Shown here: piece by piece, positions 48,001 through 56,912 of the stretch
Layout: each line of letters starts with the position of its first letter
Position numbering within the stretch: the stretch's first letter is position 1
Virus record (IMG/VR): IMGVR_UViG_3300030104_005963
Direction: 5' to 3' (one strand)
Origin: a virus
Length of the DNA: 64,000 nucleotides
Notes under the pieces: model-generated
Databases searched by the model: none
Told to the model about the DNA's origin: nothing
What the model saw: the letters and a program-made list of their open reading frames with translations, nothing else
Position numbers and translations under genes: made by a program

Positions 48001-48228
48001 AAGGCAAAAGACCTACTAGATTTAAAATCAGATAAACTTCAAATTGGTGTTTCTGCACAGGAAGTTCAATCAGTTGTTCCTGAAGTAGTTAAATCTACAC
48101 AAGTTCCTAATGGTGATGAAGAAATTCTAGTTGTTTCATATGAGAAACTTGTTCCTCTCTTAATTGAGGCAATCAAGGAACTCAGTGATAAGGTTGATAA
48201 CCTTGAACAAAAATTATCAGATAAATAA
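42016..48228 (+). CDS. Very large virion structural protein with C-terminal S74 chaperone
   Basis: 2070 aa. N-terminal ILYVSP...PFKTLQRALIEAARFSY and beta-helix motifs; C-terminal SASDDKLK...GVSAQEVQ...YEKLVPLLIEAIKEL. Late promoter CTAAATA at about 41977. Confidence 0.85.
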   Translation: MPLNKLENFLKNVEGRILYVSPADLDSTDSILNQGNSQTKPFKTLQRALIEAARFSYNVGRNNDSTEKTTILLMPGEHEVDNRPGHTIRDAGSEGLQLKKSDGTTVSNESISLKLETNFDINQEDNILYKFNSVHGGVIVPRGTSIVGLDLRKTKIRPKYVPNPTDDTVPYSAVFRVTGACYFWQFSIFDGNELGKVYTDHKVFNNTLNQVQPTFSHHKLTCFEYADGVNDVQDTGLTDLDMYYYKLSRAYNTASNRNIEEKFLVDGSGTGLDGFAKQRPEWEIVGAFANDPVTVTKIQSGSLPGVPTNQITVTTQGAHNFSVGTPIKIKGVSRPEYNISTKVATTDPVFDNKFTYTLPDFPIDLDPEPEVDGALITIETDTVSGASPYIFNISLRSVWGMNGMCADGSKASGFRSMVVAQFTGVSLQKDDRAFVKYDPSSRVYRGLTIDPVKGTKLALESSSISGATVYHLDSEAIYRKDWQTTHVKITNDAVLQIVSVFAIGYAKHFEAQSGGDASITNSNSNFGQLALVADGFKKDAFKKDDNAFITHVITPKAIVSKEEDIEWVQISAKIITGETDRLYLFGYSENASDTNDKPHSKDIKPPFLTQGFRIGARVGEKLYANIEGYPGSGPDGTSVADILMHEQGSSIATTSARRTVYINAALGSEGTFRTSNAQGTTIPHDFATGEKIIVIAEDGDLPENILEHKVYFAITQSADGNLTNSRLRLALSFSDAENNVAIKNTFINIPDTNNPRLKITTRVTDKEAGDVGHPIQYDTTEGWYITTNRNSEIRQKIIEQLQAAALDPDLEPLKRTDISFFFRIPDTRSLDDKIFKTRVSIPKEVQNGKNIQNGFVLQESSSTNVRTVNDLKLSGNLTASDFAYQRNQRFISSCQFTAGSGSTPGTVTVETERPHNLQNGDLVKIDGIRNSDNTDGVSGRGYNIETKVDVVDNMTFKYDAPITLSTQPTTNFRIDKSPEIGGVSIASSLPRFTRKDLQSNLYFYRNDVVTEYDEGVETGVYHGYQLFADLKVPTEFDENEYGQTVVDLYPQLDRDNHNDTPRAAKSFALRAPLGKVVTNDLLNSITRESIDKLLVKFGSGMDISSFVDSSNTGLIQLERDHNIRGIASAVLENGSNSGMTDGTYENVKIFNGSVAGGNWSGALGKVTINGGAIQAGYEITNPGSGFSPSGTEFGHWDNTVIGGSDGAARLGSASGVALKNDNLTSSHENLVIQITGSGIREDAYFRTKSIPTSNRIEIYKTTNDPIISSDQYVFIVGSASNISTISDSNGTVTVTTTRPHGLEKGNRFQLNDSNNNNLGAFIVFDKKNPTEFVFNRGDTNISATSGWILKHGLSANDGFTGKGGENLSVRGTPLYGLEDGILTGGMSAEGTTISFDLFDIPNIGIQKGAGVRFPQGSYIQIDDEILRIASFTDSRTDGSLPGTTVIRGVFGTRASAHVSGSLVIKLSPIPLELHRYSILRASGHTFEYLGYGPGNYSTALPQVQVKTLTEKEEFLSQAQEKAAGSVVYTGMNDKGDFFIGNSKKSALTGEEITFDNPVPTVAGEDPSRLSVVFDEVTIKERLVVEGGRNNNILSQFDGPTNFNENVRFGRDSKVTIKNDTLAADGGALSVDGGVVVDEDLDIGGNIKTNDLTVTGNTKLGNSLLNDEIELKAAFTSSLIPKTESTYNIGTSDYTWNNLYAGGTGFINKIRILDSEDNTLGGKNSGSAQFDGGVGIEKSLTAGGQIQANTGFRLPYTMTLAWKDDSLQIYHENDGENAIIKYDGTAENKGMFLFGQNTVLTNRDNTEAFIECYGNVSNNVSNISETHVRLCAGGNVKLNTKSAGVDINGQLDVTGNASFANNTVTIGSNTVTAETFAGTAAVAQKVKMRGAIQDANGGDDGKSSDIFTVLLGPTSSTNTGKGEQQVYRTRHLYFNIAESDGANSADRALLVNGDIIAFAGKSLSASDDKLKTDRSPISDALNKVNSINGFTYNWNDKAKDLLDLKSDKLQIGVSAQEVQSVVPEVVKSTQVPNGDEEILVVSYEKLVPLLIEAIKELSDKVDNLEQKLSDK

Positions 48229-48241
48229 CTAAAAAGGCATA

Positions 48242-51241
48242 ATGGCAAATTATATAAAGTCATTTAATTTTAGGAATGGGGTGCAGGTTGACAATGATAA
48301 CTTCATTGTTAATGCTGCTGGTCGAGTTGGAATCGGAACTACCGTACCTGATAAAATTCTTGATGTAAGAGGAAATGCCAAAGTTGTAGGACATATTACC
48401 GCAACGGATGCAAGTGTAAGTGGAATTGTAACTGTAGGAAGTATTACCATAAATGGAAACACCGGAACAATAAGTGCCACTAATTTTTCTGGTGCTGGTG
48501 GAGATTTTGGTAATGCACCAGTTGTTGCTATATCAACCATCGGATTTATTGCTGGTCCAACTGGATTAACGACAACAAATAATTTAGGTATTGGAACAAA
48601 TAGTACTGGATTTCAACTACAAGTAGGAGGAAATCCATCATCTTCTATAGGATTTGGTGTTACTGATGGTAATGTAACAGCAAGTGGAAATTTAAAGGTG
48701 AGTGGAATTACCACACTTGGAATTACTACTACCACAACTTTATTTTCAAATAATTTAAGATCTGATAAAGTTACAACTAGAAAGGTCATAGTTGGTGCTA
48801 ATATTGTTGCAGAAGCAGGTATTGTTACATCACTTCTATTTGATGGCAATTTGACCGGTAATGTGACCGGCAATGTAACCGGTAATCTTAATTCTACCGG
48901 TGTATCTACAGTTGGTACACTTAAAGTTGGTACTGGTATTACCGCCTCAGGTGGAATTATAACTGCCACTACATTTGATGGTAATATAACCGGCAATGTA
49001 ACCGGTAATCTTAATTCTACCGGTGTATCTACAGTCGGAACACTTAAAGTTGGTACTGGTATTACCGCCTCAGGTGGAATTATTACCGCAACAACATTCG
49101 ATGGTAATGTAGCAACCGCAATATCATTTGCCAATGCCAGAAACTTTAGTGTTACTGGGGATTTGGAAGCAAGTTCTGTATCATTTGATGGAACTGCTAA
49201 TGTTTCATTAGCATCAACACTTTCAAATAGTTTTAGTGCTAATACTTCGGGTATTATTACTGCCGCAACCATAGTTGGTTCTGCAGGTTCATTTAGTTCC
49301 ATTGGTATTCATACATCGGCACCAACAACTGATTTACAGATTAGAAAGTCGTCTGGTGAAGCAATATTAGAAGTTATTTCAGATACTGGTAGTGCTTCTA
49401 TTAGTATTGGAAAAAATACAGGTGCCGGAACAAGTAGTGCATCATTTAATTATGGTTCTACAAGTGGATTTGGAAATTTCAGTACACCAAAATCACTTGA
49501 TATTATAAACAGAGATACTGGTAATATTAATTATTTCTTATCTAATACTGCGTTAACAGATTCTGGATTTATCTGGCACAGAGGATCGGCTAATCAGTTA
49601 ATGACATTGACTAAGGGAGGAAATCTGGGAATTGGCATTACAAATCCAACACATAAATTACATGTTCAGGGTATTTCTACATTTACTGGGCCCGCACATT
49701 TTGATGGAAATTTAACTGTTGATTCAAATCTATCTATTACTGGGTCTTTATCTGTTCGAGACATAACCAGTAGTATTGATATTAATGGTATTGTAACCGC
49801 AACTAAGTTTGTTGGAGATGGATCTGGACTTACTAATCTAATAGGTACTGGTTCTGGAGTTGAAATTCGAAATGATGGATCACCCGTAGGAACAGCTTCA
49901 ACAATAGACTTTATAGGAACTGATGTAACCGCAACAATTTCTGGTGGTGTTGCAAGTGTAGAAATTACTACTTCTGGTGGAGGATCTTCTGGTGTTACTG
50001 TAAAAAATAGTGGTTCGACAGTTGGTATTGCCACAAATATAGATTTTGGAAGTAATTTATCTGTATCTGCAGTTTCTGCCGGTATCGTAACAATTACTGC
50101 CTCTGGTGGAGGAACTTCTGATATAGCATCTTATGCACATAACGCAGGAGTATCTACAGTAGCAGGAATAGCAACTTATACATCAGAATGGACATTAGGA
50201 AATAATGGAACTAGTCATTATACATTTACTGGTCCAGGTCTGACTGGTGCCGAAGATGATCCAGAAATTTATTTGATTAGGGGACAACAATATAAGTTCA
50301 CTAATAATATGAATGCTCATCCCTTTAAGATTCAGAGCACTCCAAATGGATCAAATCCTGCTGATTCAGGAACTGTATATAATGATGGAATTACAAATAA
50401 TCTTGTATCTAATGGCACATTAACTTGGAATGTTCAGTTTGATACCCCTTCTATACTATATTATCAGTGTACTTCTCATACTAATATGGGAGGTATTATT
50501 CGTATTTTAGATGCGGTAACTACAGACTCCAGTGTTACTGATGTTATTACAATTTCATCTTCAACTGATGTTTTATCTGCCGTAGATCCCGGTGCAGATA
50601 GATTAGTATTTTGGGATGAATCTAATAATAAATTATCATACTTGACCGTTGGTGCTAATCTTACTCTTAATGATGACATCATTAGTGCTACTAGTGGTGA
50701 TGTTGTTGTTAATGATACAACACCACAACTTGGTGGTAATTTAGATCTTAATAGTAAAGACATAACCGGAACTGGTAATGTTAATATTACTGGTGTTATA
50801 ACGGCAACATCTTTTAGTGGAAACTTAACCGGTAATGTTAATTCTACTGGTGTATCTACAGTTGGTACACTTAAAGTTGGTACTGGTATTACTGCATCAG
50901 GTGGAATTATAACTGCCACTACATTTGATGGATCTTTAAAAGGTCTTCCTCAAAATGCTCAAACATCGGCATATGTATTAGTCGCATCTGATGCAGGAAA
51001 ACATGTCGCAATTAGTACCGGAGGAGTCACTCTTAATACTGGAATATTTGAAGTTGGGGATACAGTTACGGTGTTTAATGATTCGGCATATACTCAAATG
51101 ATCAATGCTGCTTCTGGGGTAACTGTGAGAAGAGTATCTATTGGTGATTTGGGAAGTAGAGGATTGAATCAATACGGTCTTGCAACAATTATGTGTATTA
51201 GAAATAATGAGTATGTAATTTCTGGAGCAGGATTAACATAA
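48242..51241 (+). CDS. Tail-fibre-like protein with internal repeats
   Basis: 999 aa, G/T/S/I/V-rich, with a cupredoxin-like segment (HPFKIQ...LYYQCTSHTNMGG). Preceded by GATAAATA. Confidence 0.75.
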   Translation: MANYIKSFNFRNGVQVDNDNFIVNAAGRVGIGTTVPDKILDVRGNAKVVGHITATDASVSGIVTVGSITINGNTGTISATNFSGAGGDFGNAPVVAISTIGFIAGPTGLTTTNNLGIGTNSTGFQLQVGGNPSSSIGFGVTDGNVTASGNLKVSGITTLGITTTTTLFSNNLRSDKVTTRKVIVGANIVAEAGIVTSLLFDGNLTGNVTGNVTGNLNSTGVSTVGTLKVGTGITASGGIITATTFDGNITGNVTGNLNSTGVSTVGTLKVGTGITASGGIITATTFDGNVATAISFANARNFSVTGDLEASSVSFDGTANVSLASTLSNSFSANTSGIITAATIVGSAGSFSSIGIHTSAPTTDLQIRKSSGEAILEVISDTGSASISIGKNTGAGTSSASFNYGSTSGFGNFSTPKSLDIINRDTGNINYFLSNTALTDSGFIWHRGSANQLMTLTKGGNLGIGITNPTHKLHVQGISTFTGPAHFDGNLTVDSNLSITGSLSVRDITSSIDINGIVTATKFVGDGSGLTNLIGTGSGVEIRNDGSPVGTASTIDFIGTDVTATISGGVASVEITTSGGGSSGVTVKNSGSTVGIATNIDFGSNLSVSAVSAGIVTITASGGGTSDIASYAHNAGVSTVAGIATYTSEWTLGNNGTSHYTFTGPGLTGAEDDPEIYLIRGQQYKFTNNMNAHPFKIQSTPNGSNPADSGTVYNDGITNNLVSNGTLTWNVQFDTPSILYYQCTSHTNMGGIIRILDAVTTDSSVTDVITISSSTDVLSAVDPGADRLVFWDESNNKLSYLTVGANLTLNDDIISATSGDVVVNDTTPQLGGNLDLNSKDITGTGNVNITGVITATSFSGNLTGNVNSTGVSTVGTLKVGTGITASGGIITATTFDGSLKGLPQNAQTSAYVLVASDAGKHVAISTGGVTLNTGIFEVGDTVTVFNDSAYTQMINAASGVTVRRVSIGDLGSRGLNQYGLATIMCIRNNEYVISGAGLT
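48866..50932 (+). repeat. Approximately 41-aa repeat, three copies
   Basis: TGNVTGNLNSTGVSTVGTLKVGTGITASGGIITATTFDG at 48866 and 48989 (123-nt period), with a third copy at about 50828. Confidence 0.93.
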
Positions 51242-52269
51242 TGACAGTATCCATAGTTTCGACAAATATAGGAAGTCAGGTTGGAATATCCTATAGTTTT
51301 ACCTCACATCTGGATAAAAACGATTTAACTAGACCTACTATATCTTTAAATATTCATCATTTGAATGAAGGTCCAAGTGCATCAAAACCTGTAATGGTTT
51401 CTATTCATGGTGGCGGATGGTATGCCGGTGATAAAAATAATTTTGATAGATATAAACCAAAATTTTTTAATGAATTGGGTATGATATATGTAAGTATCAA
51501 CTATAGATTGTGCAGACCATATAGTACAACAAATGATGGTGTATATGGTGATTGGGATGTTAATAGGGTAAAATTTCCGACAAATGTACAAGACTGTGCA
51601 AATTCCCTGAAATGGATTCGAGATAATATCTCTAATTATGGAGGAGATCCAAATAATATAAATTTATTAGGACATAGTGCAGGAGCACATCTTGCATTAT
51701 TGTTATCTACAAATACAGATTATATTAATGCTGTAGGAGTTCCTACAAGTTCTATTAAATCTTGCACTGCTATTGACACTACATTTTTAAATATATCAAG
51801 TTCAATTTCTGATAATGAATCAGTTGAAGGTAATGCAGCATTACTTTGTAGAAATGCATTTGGAGTTGAATATGATGCTAGTCGTTCTGGTGGATTTAAT
51901 GATTTTTCCGGTACTACGGAGCAAAATGCGGCATATACTGCGGGTTCTCCAGATCAACATGTATCAGCTGGAATAGTGACTAATTTCTTATTATGTATTC
52001 AAGGTAATACATCTAGAAGAAATAAAATGATTGCATTTAGAGATTCACTTCAAACTGCAGGAATTGGTAATTCATTATGTCTATACTTTGCTTCTGGGGG
52101 ATCAAATGCCACATATACACATGAAGAATTTCAAATATTTATTGGTGCCCCAACTGATAAACCCGATGGTGCTTATATTCCAACATCTACGGCCCTGGCT
52201 GGAGGACATGCAGATGTAGGCATAAGTACATTCATTTCTAGATACTTAACTCAAATAGGAATAATTTAA
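51241..52269 (+). CDS. Alpha/beta hydrolase (esterase/lipase family)
   Basis: IHGGGWYAGDK oxyanion motif, SINYRL, GGDPNNINLLGHSAGAHL nucleophile elbow and a C-terminal His (YTHEEF). Confidence 0.88.
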   Translation: MTVSIVSTNIGSQVGISYSFTSHLDKNDLTRPTISLNIHHLNEGPSASKPVMVSIHGGGWYAGDKNNFDRYKPKFFNELGMIYVSINYRLCRPYSTTNDGVYGDWDVNRVKFPTNVQDCANSLKWIRDNISNYGGDPNNINLLGHSAGAHLALLLSTNTDYINAVGVPTSSIKSCTAIDTTFLNISSSISDNESVEGNAALLCRNAFGVEYDASRSGGFNDFSGTTEQNAAYTAGSPDQHVSAGIVTNFLLCIQGNTSRRNKMIAFRDSLQTAGIGNSLCLYFASGGSNATYTHEEFQIFIGAPTDKPDGAYIPTSTALAGGHADVGISTFISRYLTQIGII

Positions 52270-52284
52270 CAACAGAGGTATAAT

Positions 52285-54093
52285 ATGGCACTTCAAGATT
52301 CAGGACCACTTAGAATTACTCAGATATCTAATGAATTTGGCATAGGTGCAAAACGAAGTCTAGGAGATTATAGAGTTAGGCAAACTGTTGGTGATATGAC
52401 CCTATCACTTGATGAAGGTATTCCTATGAGAACTGAAGGGTCTGAACCTGATACCACTACCGAAATTAGATTTAGTCAATTTTATAATAAAAGATTAAAT
52501 GTAGTTGTTCTTTATGATGAGGACATCGTAGCAGATCCTAATAGTTCTAACGAAGATGAACGAATTAAAAGAGTTGATGGAGCTCATAATATATACAGTT
52601 CGAATAGAGAACTTAATAATGGTATTGTAAATACAATTAGTCCTGACCCATCCTTTACAGCTCCTGAAAACGGTTCAGGATCAAAAATTACGTTACATGT
52701 TACAAAAAAACTTGGTAGTAATAAAGATTCTAGAAAAAATTTTGACCCAGATAATACCGGTACACACCGTTCTGCTTTAAGAACTGGTAATCCTAGTTAT
52801 TGGAATAAATCTGATGTCACTCCAATAATGCATATAAACATTGGACCTAATGCTATTGTTTCTGGTGCAGGTGGTAATGGAGGAAAAGGTGGAAGAACAT
52901 TCGATGTTAATGACGGTAATGGTCAACCTGGTGAAGTTGGTTCAAGTGCTATTGGTATTGCATTTCCAGTTGAAAAAATAACAATTCAAGAAGGAGGAGT
53001 CGTTCAAGCCGGATGTGGAGGCGGTGGAGGAGGCGGTGCAGCTGCCGGGGAATTATCTGAAACTGATGAAAGAGTCGGTGGTGCCGGTGGTGGAGGTGGA
53101 GCAGGATTACCGGGAGGTATAGCAGGAAAAGCAGGTAGTGATGCAAACACTACTGATGGAACCTCGACTAATGAAGGATATAAGAATGTAGAACATCAAC
53201 CACAAGATGGTGGAAATGGATCTCAAACTAGTGGTGGAGGCGGTGGAAAAGGTGGTGCAAATAATGAACAAAATTCAGATAACACTCCCACGGCACAAAG
53301 TGGTGGAGGAGGTGGTGGAGGAGGTCAAACTGTTGGTGAAGGTGGTGGTTTTTTTAATTTAGGAGAATCTTCTAACGTCACCGGTTTTACTATACGATGG
53401 AGTGGAACATTTGTACAACCAGGTGACCCTCCCACAAGAGATCCGAATGGTAGTGAAGCAAGAAGTGGCACCGGTGCCGGACATTCGTTTGAATGGGCAC
53501 CAAATGCTTCTGCCAACACTGCTTTAAGAGATGCTACACTTGGTTGGGAGAGTACGAGTGATTCCCCAATTGTGCAAAATAATGTAGAAATGCTGAACCA
53601 CCCAAGTGGTTCAGGATCAAATTTTAAAGTTGATATTAAATATTCACCATATCAAAAAAATGAAGATGAGGGTACTAGTATTTTTCAAACTGCGATAGAA
53701 ATTACGAGAATTGCAAATCAAGGTAATGGGTATAGTGAAGGTGATGCCCTTACAACACAGTATTGGATTGACAATGCCTTATCACCTGATGGAGCAGAAG
53801 CCAATCGCAGAATTATTAATGTCTCTGAAGTTGAATCCGTAGCAATTTCAGGCAATGGTTCTGCCGGTAATGCATCTGTAAATTCATTCATTACTAATAT
53901 CAGTAACAATGATGGAAAAGGTGGAAATGGTGGAAATGGTGATGCAGAAGGATCGGGTCAAGATACAGGTAGTGGTGGTGCAGGTGGTCTTGGTGGTTAT
54001 GCAATAATTACTAAAGATGTTGATTTACCTGATATTATAGGAACAGGTATAATAGGGAGAATTGAAAAAGGTGATAGTGAAATTGTAATATAA
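52285..54093 (+). CDS. Glycine-rich virion protein (polyglycine, adhesin-like)
   Basis: MALQDSGPLRITQISNEFG N-terminus and several GGGGG blocks. Confidence 0.65.
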   Translation: MALQDSGPLRITQISNEFGIGAKRSLGDYRVRQTVGDMTLSLDEGIPMRTEGSEPDTTTEIRFSQFYNKRLNVVVLYDEDIVADPNSSNEDERIKRVDGAHNIYSSNRELNNGIVNTISPDPSFTAPENGSGSKITLHVTKKLGSNKDSRKNFDPDNTGTHRSALRTGNPSYWNKSDVTPIMHINIGPNAIVSGAGGNGGKGGRTFDVNDGNGQPGEVGSSAIGIAFPVEKITIQEGGVVQAGCGGGGGGGAAAGELSETDERVGGAGGGGGAGLPGGIAGKAGSDANTTDGTSTNEGYKNVEHQPQDGGNGSQTSGGGGGKGGANNEQNSDNTPTAQSGGGGGGGGQTVGEGGGFFNLGESSNVTGFTIRWSGTFVQPGDPPTRDPNGSEARSGTGAGHSFEWAPNASANTALRDATLGWESTSDSPIVQNNVEMLNHPSGSGSNFKVDIKYSPYQKNEDEGTSIFQTAIEITRIANQGNGYSEGDALTTQYWIDNALSPDGAEANRRIINVSEVESVAISGNGSAGNASVNSFITNISNNDGKGGNGGNGDAEGSGQDTGSGGAGGLGGYAIITKDVDLPDIIGTGIIGRIEKGDSEIVI

Positions 54094-55331
54094 TGGCACT
54101 TCAATCATCAGGACCGATTAGTTTTCTAAATCTTATTGCTGAGTTTGGTAATCCTGGAGGAGGAAGTCACGATTTAGGTGCATATAGAGTATCACAAACA
54201 GTTGGTGAAATGAATAATTTGCCTCTTGATGAGGGAATTCCTCAAGGTAATAGTCAAATAAGTTTTGAAGATTTTTATGGTAAAAGATTAAATGTAATTG
54301 TTCACTATTCTGGTACTCAAGAACGTCCTGGTGGTGCAAGAGCAAAATATAATGGCAACAATGCCTCTGACGTACCTGTAATTGTTATTGGTGGAGGTAG
54401 AAATAGACCTGCAAATAGTTCAGGAAAGGACGTAACCATACATGTTTCAGGCACACTTCATGGAAGTGAATCACATAGTCAACTCGATTGCACATTAAAA
54501 ACTGGTGGTGGTTGGAACTCTGGAACAATATTAAACGTTAATGTTGGTGAAGAAGGAAAAATTTTTGGTGCCGGTGGTGATGGAGGAAAAGGTGGAAGAC
54601 CGGAAAGTGAAGAAGGTGATGGCCTCGATGGTGAAGATGGGTCTAGCGCACTAGGTCTCGGATATAATATCACTGAACTAAGAGTGCAAACTGGAGGAAT
54701 AATCTCTGCCGGAGGTGGAGGAGGAGGAGGTGGCGGTGGTGCCAGAGGTGAAGGGGGTGAATCTGACGAAAGAGTTGGTGGTGCCGGTGGTGGAGGTGGT
54801 GTAGGAATACCGCACGGTGTAGGTGGTTTTGGAGGTACTAATCCGGCCGATGCGTTAGGATCAGTTTATATTGCGGCATCAGAAGCAGAAGAAGCATATG
54901 GTAATGTAGAATATCAACCAGGAAATGGTGGAAATGGATCTGAAACTGATGGTGGAAATGGTGGTCACGGAGGTGCAAATAATGAACAAGATGATGATGA
55001 TTTTAGTAATGATGAAGAATCTTCGGCCCAAAGTGGTGGTGGTGGTGGAGGAGGAGCACCTCAATCTAACAATGAAGGTGGAGAAGGTGGTGGAGATTAT
55101 ACATCTTACGGACCAGGTAGTGGAAGAACAGCTGCTCAAGATGGAAGCACTGAAAAAGGTGGAGATGGGGGTCAGGCTGATGCAGAAGGAGGTGAACAAA
55201 TAGAGGGATCAGGTGGAGAAGGTGGTGAAAATGGTTATGCAATAATTACAAATTCTGGTGTATCTATTTCTAATACTGTCGGTAGTAGTAGAATTAAAGG
55301 TCGTACTTTGCCAAATACAAACTTTACTTAA
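54093..55331 (+). CDS. Glycine-rich virion protein, paralog of 52285-54093
   Basis: MALQSSGPISFLNLIAEFG; shares YRV.QTVG.M..L.LDEGIP, KRLNV, DERVGGAGGGGG and GGANNEQ with the upstream gene. Confidence 0.65.
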   Translation: MALQSSGPISFLNLIAEFGNPGGGSHDLGAYRVSQTVGEMNNLPLDEGIPQGNSQISFEDFYGKRLNVIVHYSGTQERPGGARAKYNGNNASDVPVIVIGGGRNRPANSSGKDVTIHVSGTLHGSESHSQLDCTLKTGGGWNSGTILNVNVGEEGKIFGAGGDGGKGGRPESEEGDGLDGEDGSSALGLGYNITELRVQTGGIISAGGGGGGGGGGARGEGGESDERVGGAGGGGGVGIPHGVGGFGGTNPADALGSVYIAASEAEEAYGNVEYQPGNGGNGSETDGGNGGHGGANNEQDDDDFSNDEESSAQSGGGGGGGAPQSNNEGGEGGGDYTSYGPGSGRTAAQDGSTEKGGDGGQADAEGGEQIEGSGGEGGENGYAIITNSGVSISNTVGSSRIKGRTLPNTNFT

Positions 55332-55364
55332 ATAGAACATAATAAAATATAATAATTAAATATT

Positions 55365-56018
55365 ATGCAAAATACTGAAAAATTATCGGTAACTTTATTT
55401 AATGATCCCTTCCCACATATGATATGCGATGATTTTTATAATCCCGAAGAACTAAAACTTATATGGGAAGAACTTAATTTTTATACAAAACCAGGAAAAT
55501 TATTAGAGGCAAAAGATTATGGTGGTGTTGTCGGATATACGAATGCAAAAGCTTTAATGCTAGACTCTATCTATAGAGATTATGGTAAAAGTAATGGTAT
55601 AAATTATAGAAATCTATCAAATATATTAACGGTTAATAGAAAATTATTTACGAGTGGTGTCTTAGATGCATTTGCAGGTGTACATGATTGTTGTTGTATT
55701 GCAAATCAATCAAATAATGATACTACAAAAATAAGATATTATCATGATGGTGAAGGATATGATCCACATACCGATAAAGGATTTCAGTTTTTAGGATTTT
55801 CATATTTTTATAAAGAACCTAAAAAATTTACAGGTGGTCAGTTATATTTTCCAAAATATGATTATGAAGTTCCTTGTGATAATAATTCAATGATTGTTTT
55901 TCCTGGATGGGTAGAACATGGGGTAAAAGAAGTAAAGATAGAAGACTCTGATTATTTTGATGGTTGTGGAAGATATGCCATAACATCATTCTTCGGATTT
56001 AAACCAAGAGAAGTTTGA
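55365..56018 (+). CDS. 2OG-Fe(II) oxygenase
   Basis: PFPHMICDDFY, YDPHTD (HxD), FTGGQLYF, VEHGVKEV and RYAITSF. Confidence 0.9.
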   Translation: MQNTEKLSVTLFNDPFPHMICDDFYNPEELKLIWEELNFYTKPGKLLEAKDYGGVVGYTNAKALMLDSIYRDYGKSNGINYRNLSNILTVNRKLFTSGVLDAFAGVHDCCCIANQSNNDTTKIRYYHDGEGYDPHTDKGFQFLGFSYFYKEPKKFTGGQLYFPKYDYEVPCDNNSMIVFPGWVEHGVKEVKIEDSDYFDGCGRYAITSFFGFKPREV

Positions 56019-56043
56019 CAAAATATCAAATTACGAGTAGAAT
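56015..56043 (+). promoter_or_regulatory. Sigma70-type promoter
   Basis: TTGACA (56015)-17 nt-TAGAAT (56038). Confidence 0.6.
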
Positions 56044-56144
56044 ATCTTTGCTAAGGTTGATGGGACACTTTAAGAACTGTCTACTAACTTTAGATACCGG
56101 TGCATTATGCCCTATAATACAGAGGTAATCAAGGGAGAACCCTC

Positions 56145-56285
56145 ATGGTCTGTGAAGTCAAACTCTATGTTGCTGGTGAAACTTTCTACGAGACTGTTCG
56201 TGCGGCAAATTATGATGATGCTAAAAAAGTAGCACTAGCAAGAAATCCTAATGCAAGAGTTATCAGTGTAAATGCCAAATTCTAA
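56145..56285 (+). CDS. Small early hypothetical protein (not in ORF track)
   Basis: MVCEVKLYVAGETFYETVRAANYDDAKKVALARNPNARVISVNAKF, after a GGGAG Shine-Dalgarno and a promoter. Confidence 0.7.
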   Translation: MVCEVKLYVAGETFYETVRAANYDDAKKVALARNPNARVISVNAKF

Positions 56286-56523
56286 TAAGTTTTTAAAACC
56301 ACATATTCCACGACCAGGATTGCTTGAACCAAAACCAGGTAATCCTTTGGGATATGTGACAAAAGATGGTAAATGGGCTGCAGTTCCATTAGGTAATAGT
56401 AAAAAATTTATTATTATACATAATGGAAGTGTGGTTCATCAGACGCGCACTTATGATTCAGCACTGAACTTTATTAAAAAAGGTATCAAAAATGAAGGAT
56501 CAAAACGGAATCGAAGACAATGA
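56272..56523 (+). CDS. Hypothetical protein
   Basis: 83-aa ORF in a tightly packed operon. Confidence 0.6.
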   Translation: MPNSNKFLKPHIPRPGLLEPKPGNPLGYVTKDGKWAAVPLGNSKKFIIIHNGSVVHQTRTYDSALNFIKKGIKNEGSKRNRRQ

Positions 56524-56710
56524 ATCTAGTGACATTAAATGGAATCGAGGACTGGATATTTTTATTGAGTCCGTTTATAAACCTGATTCTTCATTAAGAC
56601 AATGTGCTCACAATCAAAAATGTTATCATGAACTCATGTGGGTTCGTGAAAACGTGTTAAACTATCTTAAAACACTTAGAAAAGAAAATGCATATTCCAC
56701 GTATTCATGA
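56492..56710 (+). CDS. Hypothetical protein
   Basis: KWNRGLDIFIESVYKPDSSLRQCAHNQKCYHELMWVR; part of the packed operon. Confidence 0.6.
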   Translation: MKDQNGIEDNESSDIKWNRGLDIFIESVYKPDSSLRQCAHNQKCYHELMWVRENVLNYLKTLRKENAYSTYS

Positions 56711-56912
56711 CGGAGATAAAGTAACCTATATTGGTTGCTGTAAAGAACAACTTAACTGGGGTAATAATGATAATCCCGATGATGTATTAGAACGAGGAAA
56801 AGAATATACAGTAAAAATGACTGAAATGCACACCTCACATACAAAGTTAATTATTGAAGGTTATGATGGTAAATTTAATTCTGTTTGTTTCTTGAAAGGA
56901 GAAGACCAATGA
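56688..56912 (+). CDS. Hypothetical protein
   Basis: 74-aa ORF overlapping its neighbours. Confidence 0.55.
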   Translation: MHIPRIHDGDKVTYIGCCKEQLNWGNNDNPDDVLERGKEYTVKMTEMHTSHTKLIIEGYDGKFNSVCFLKGEDQ

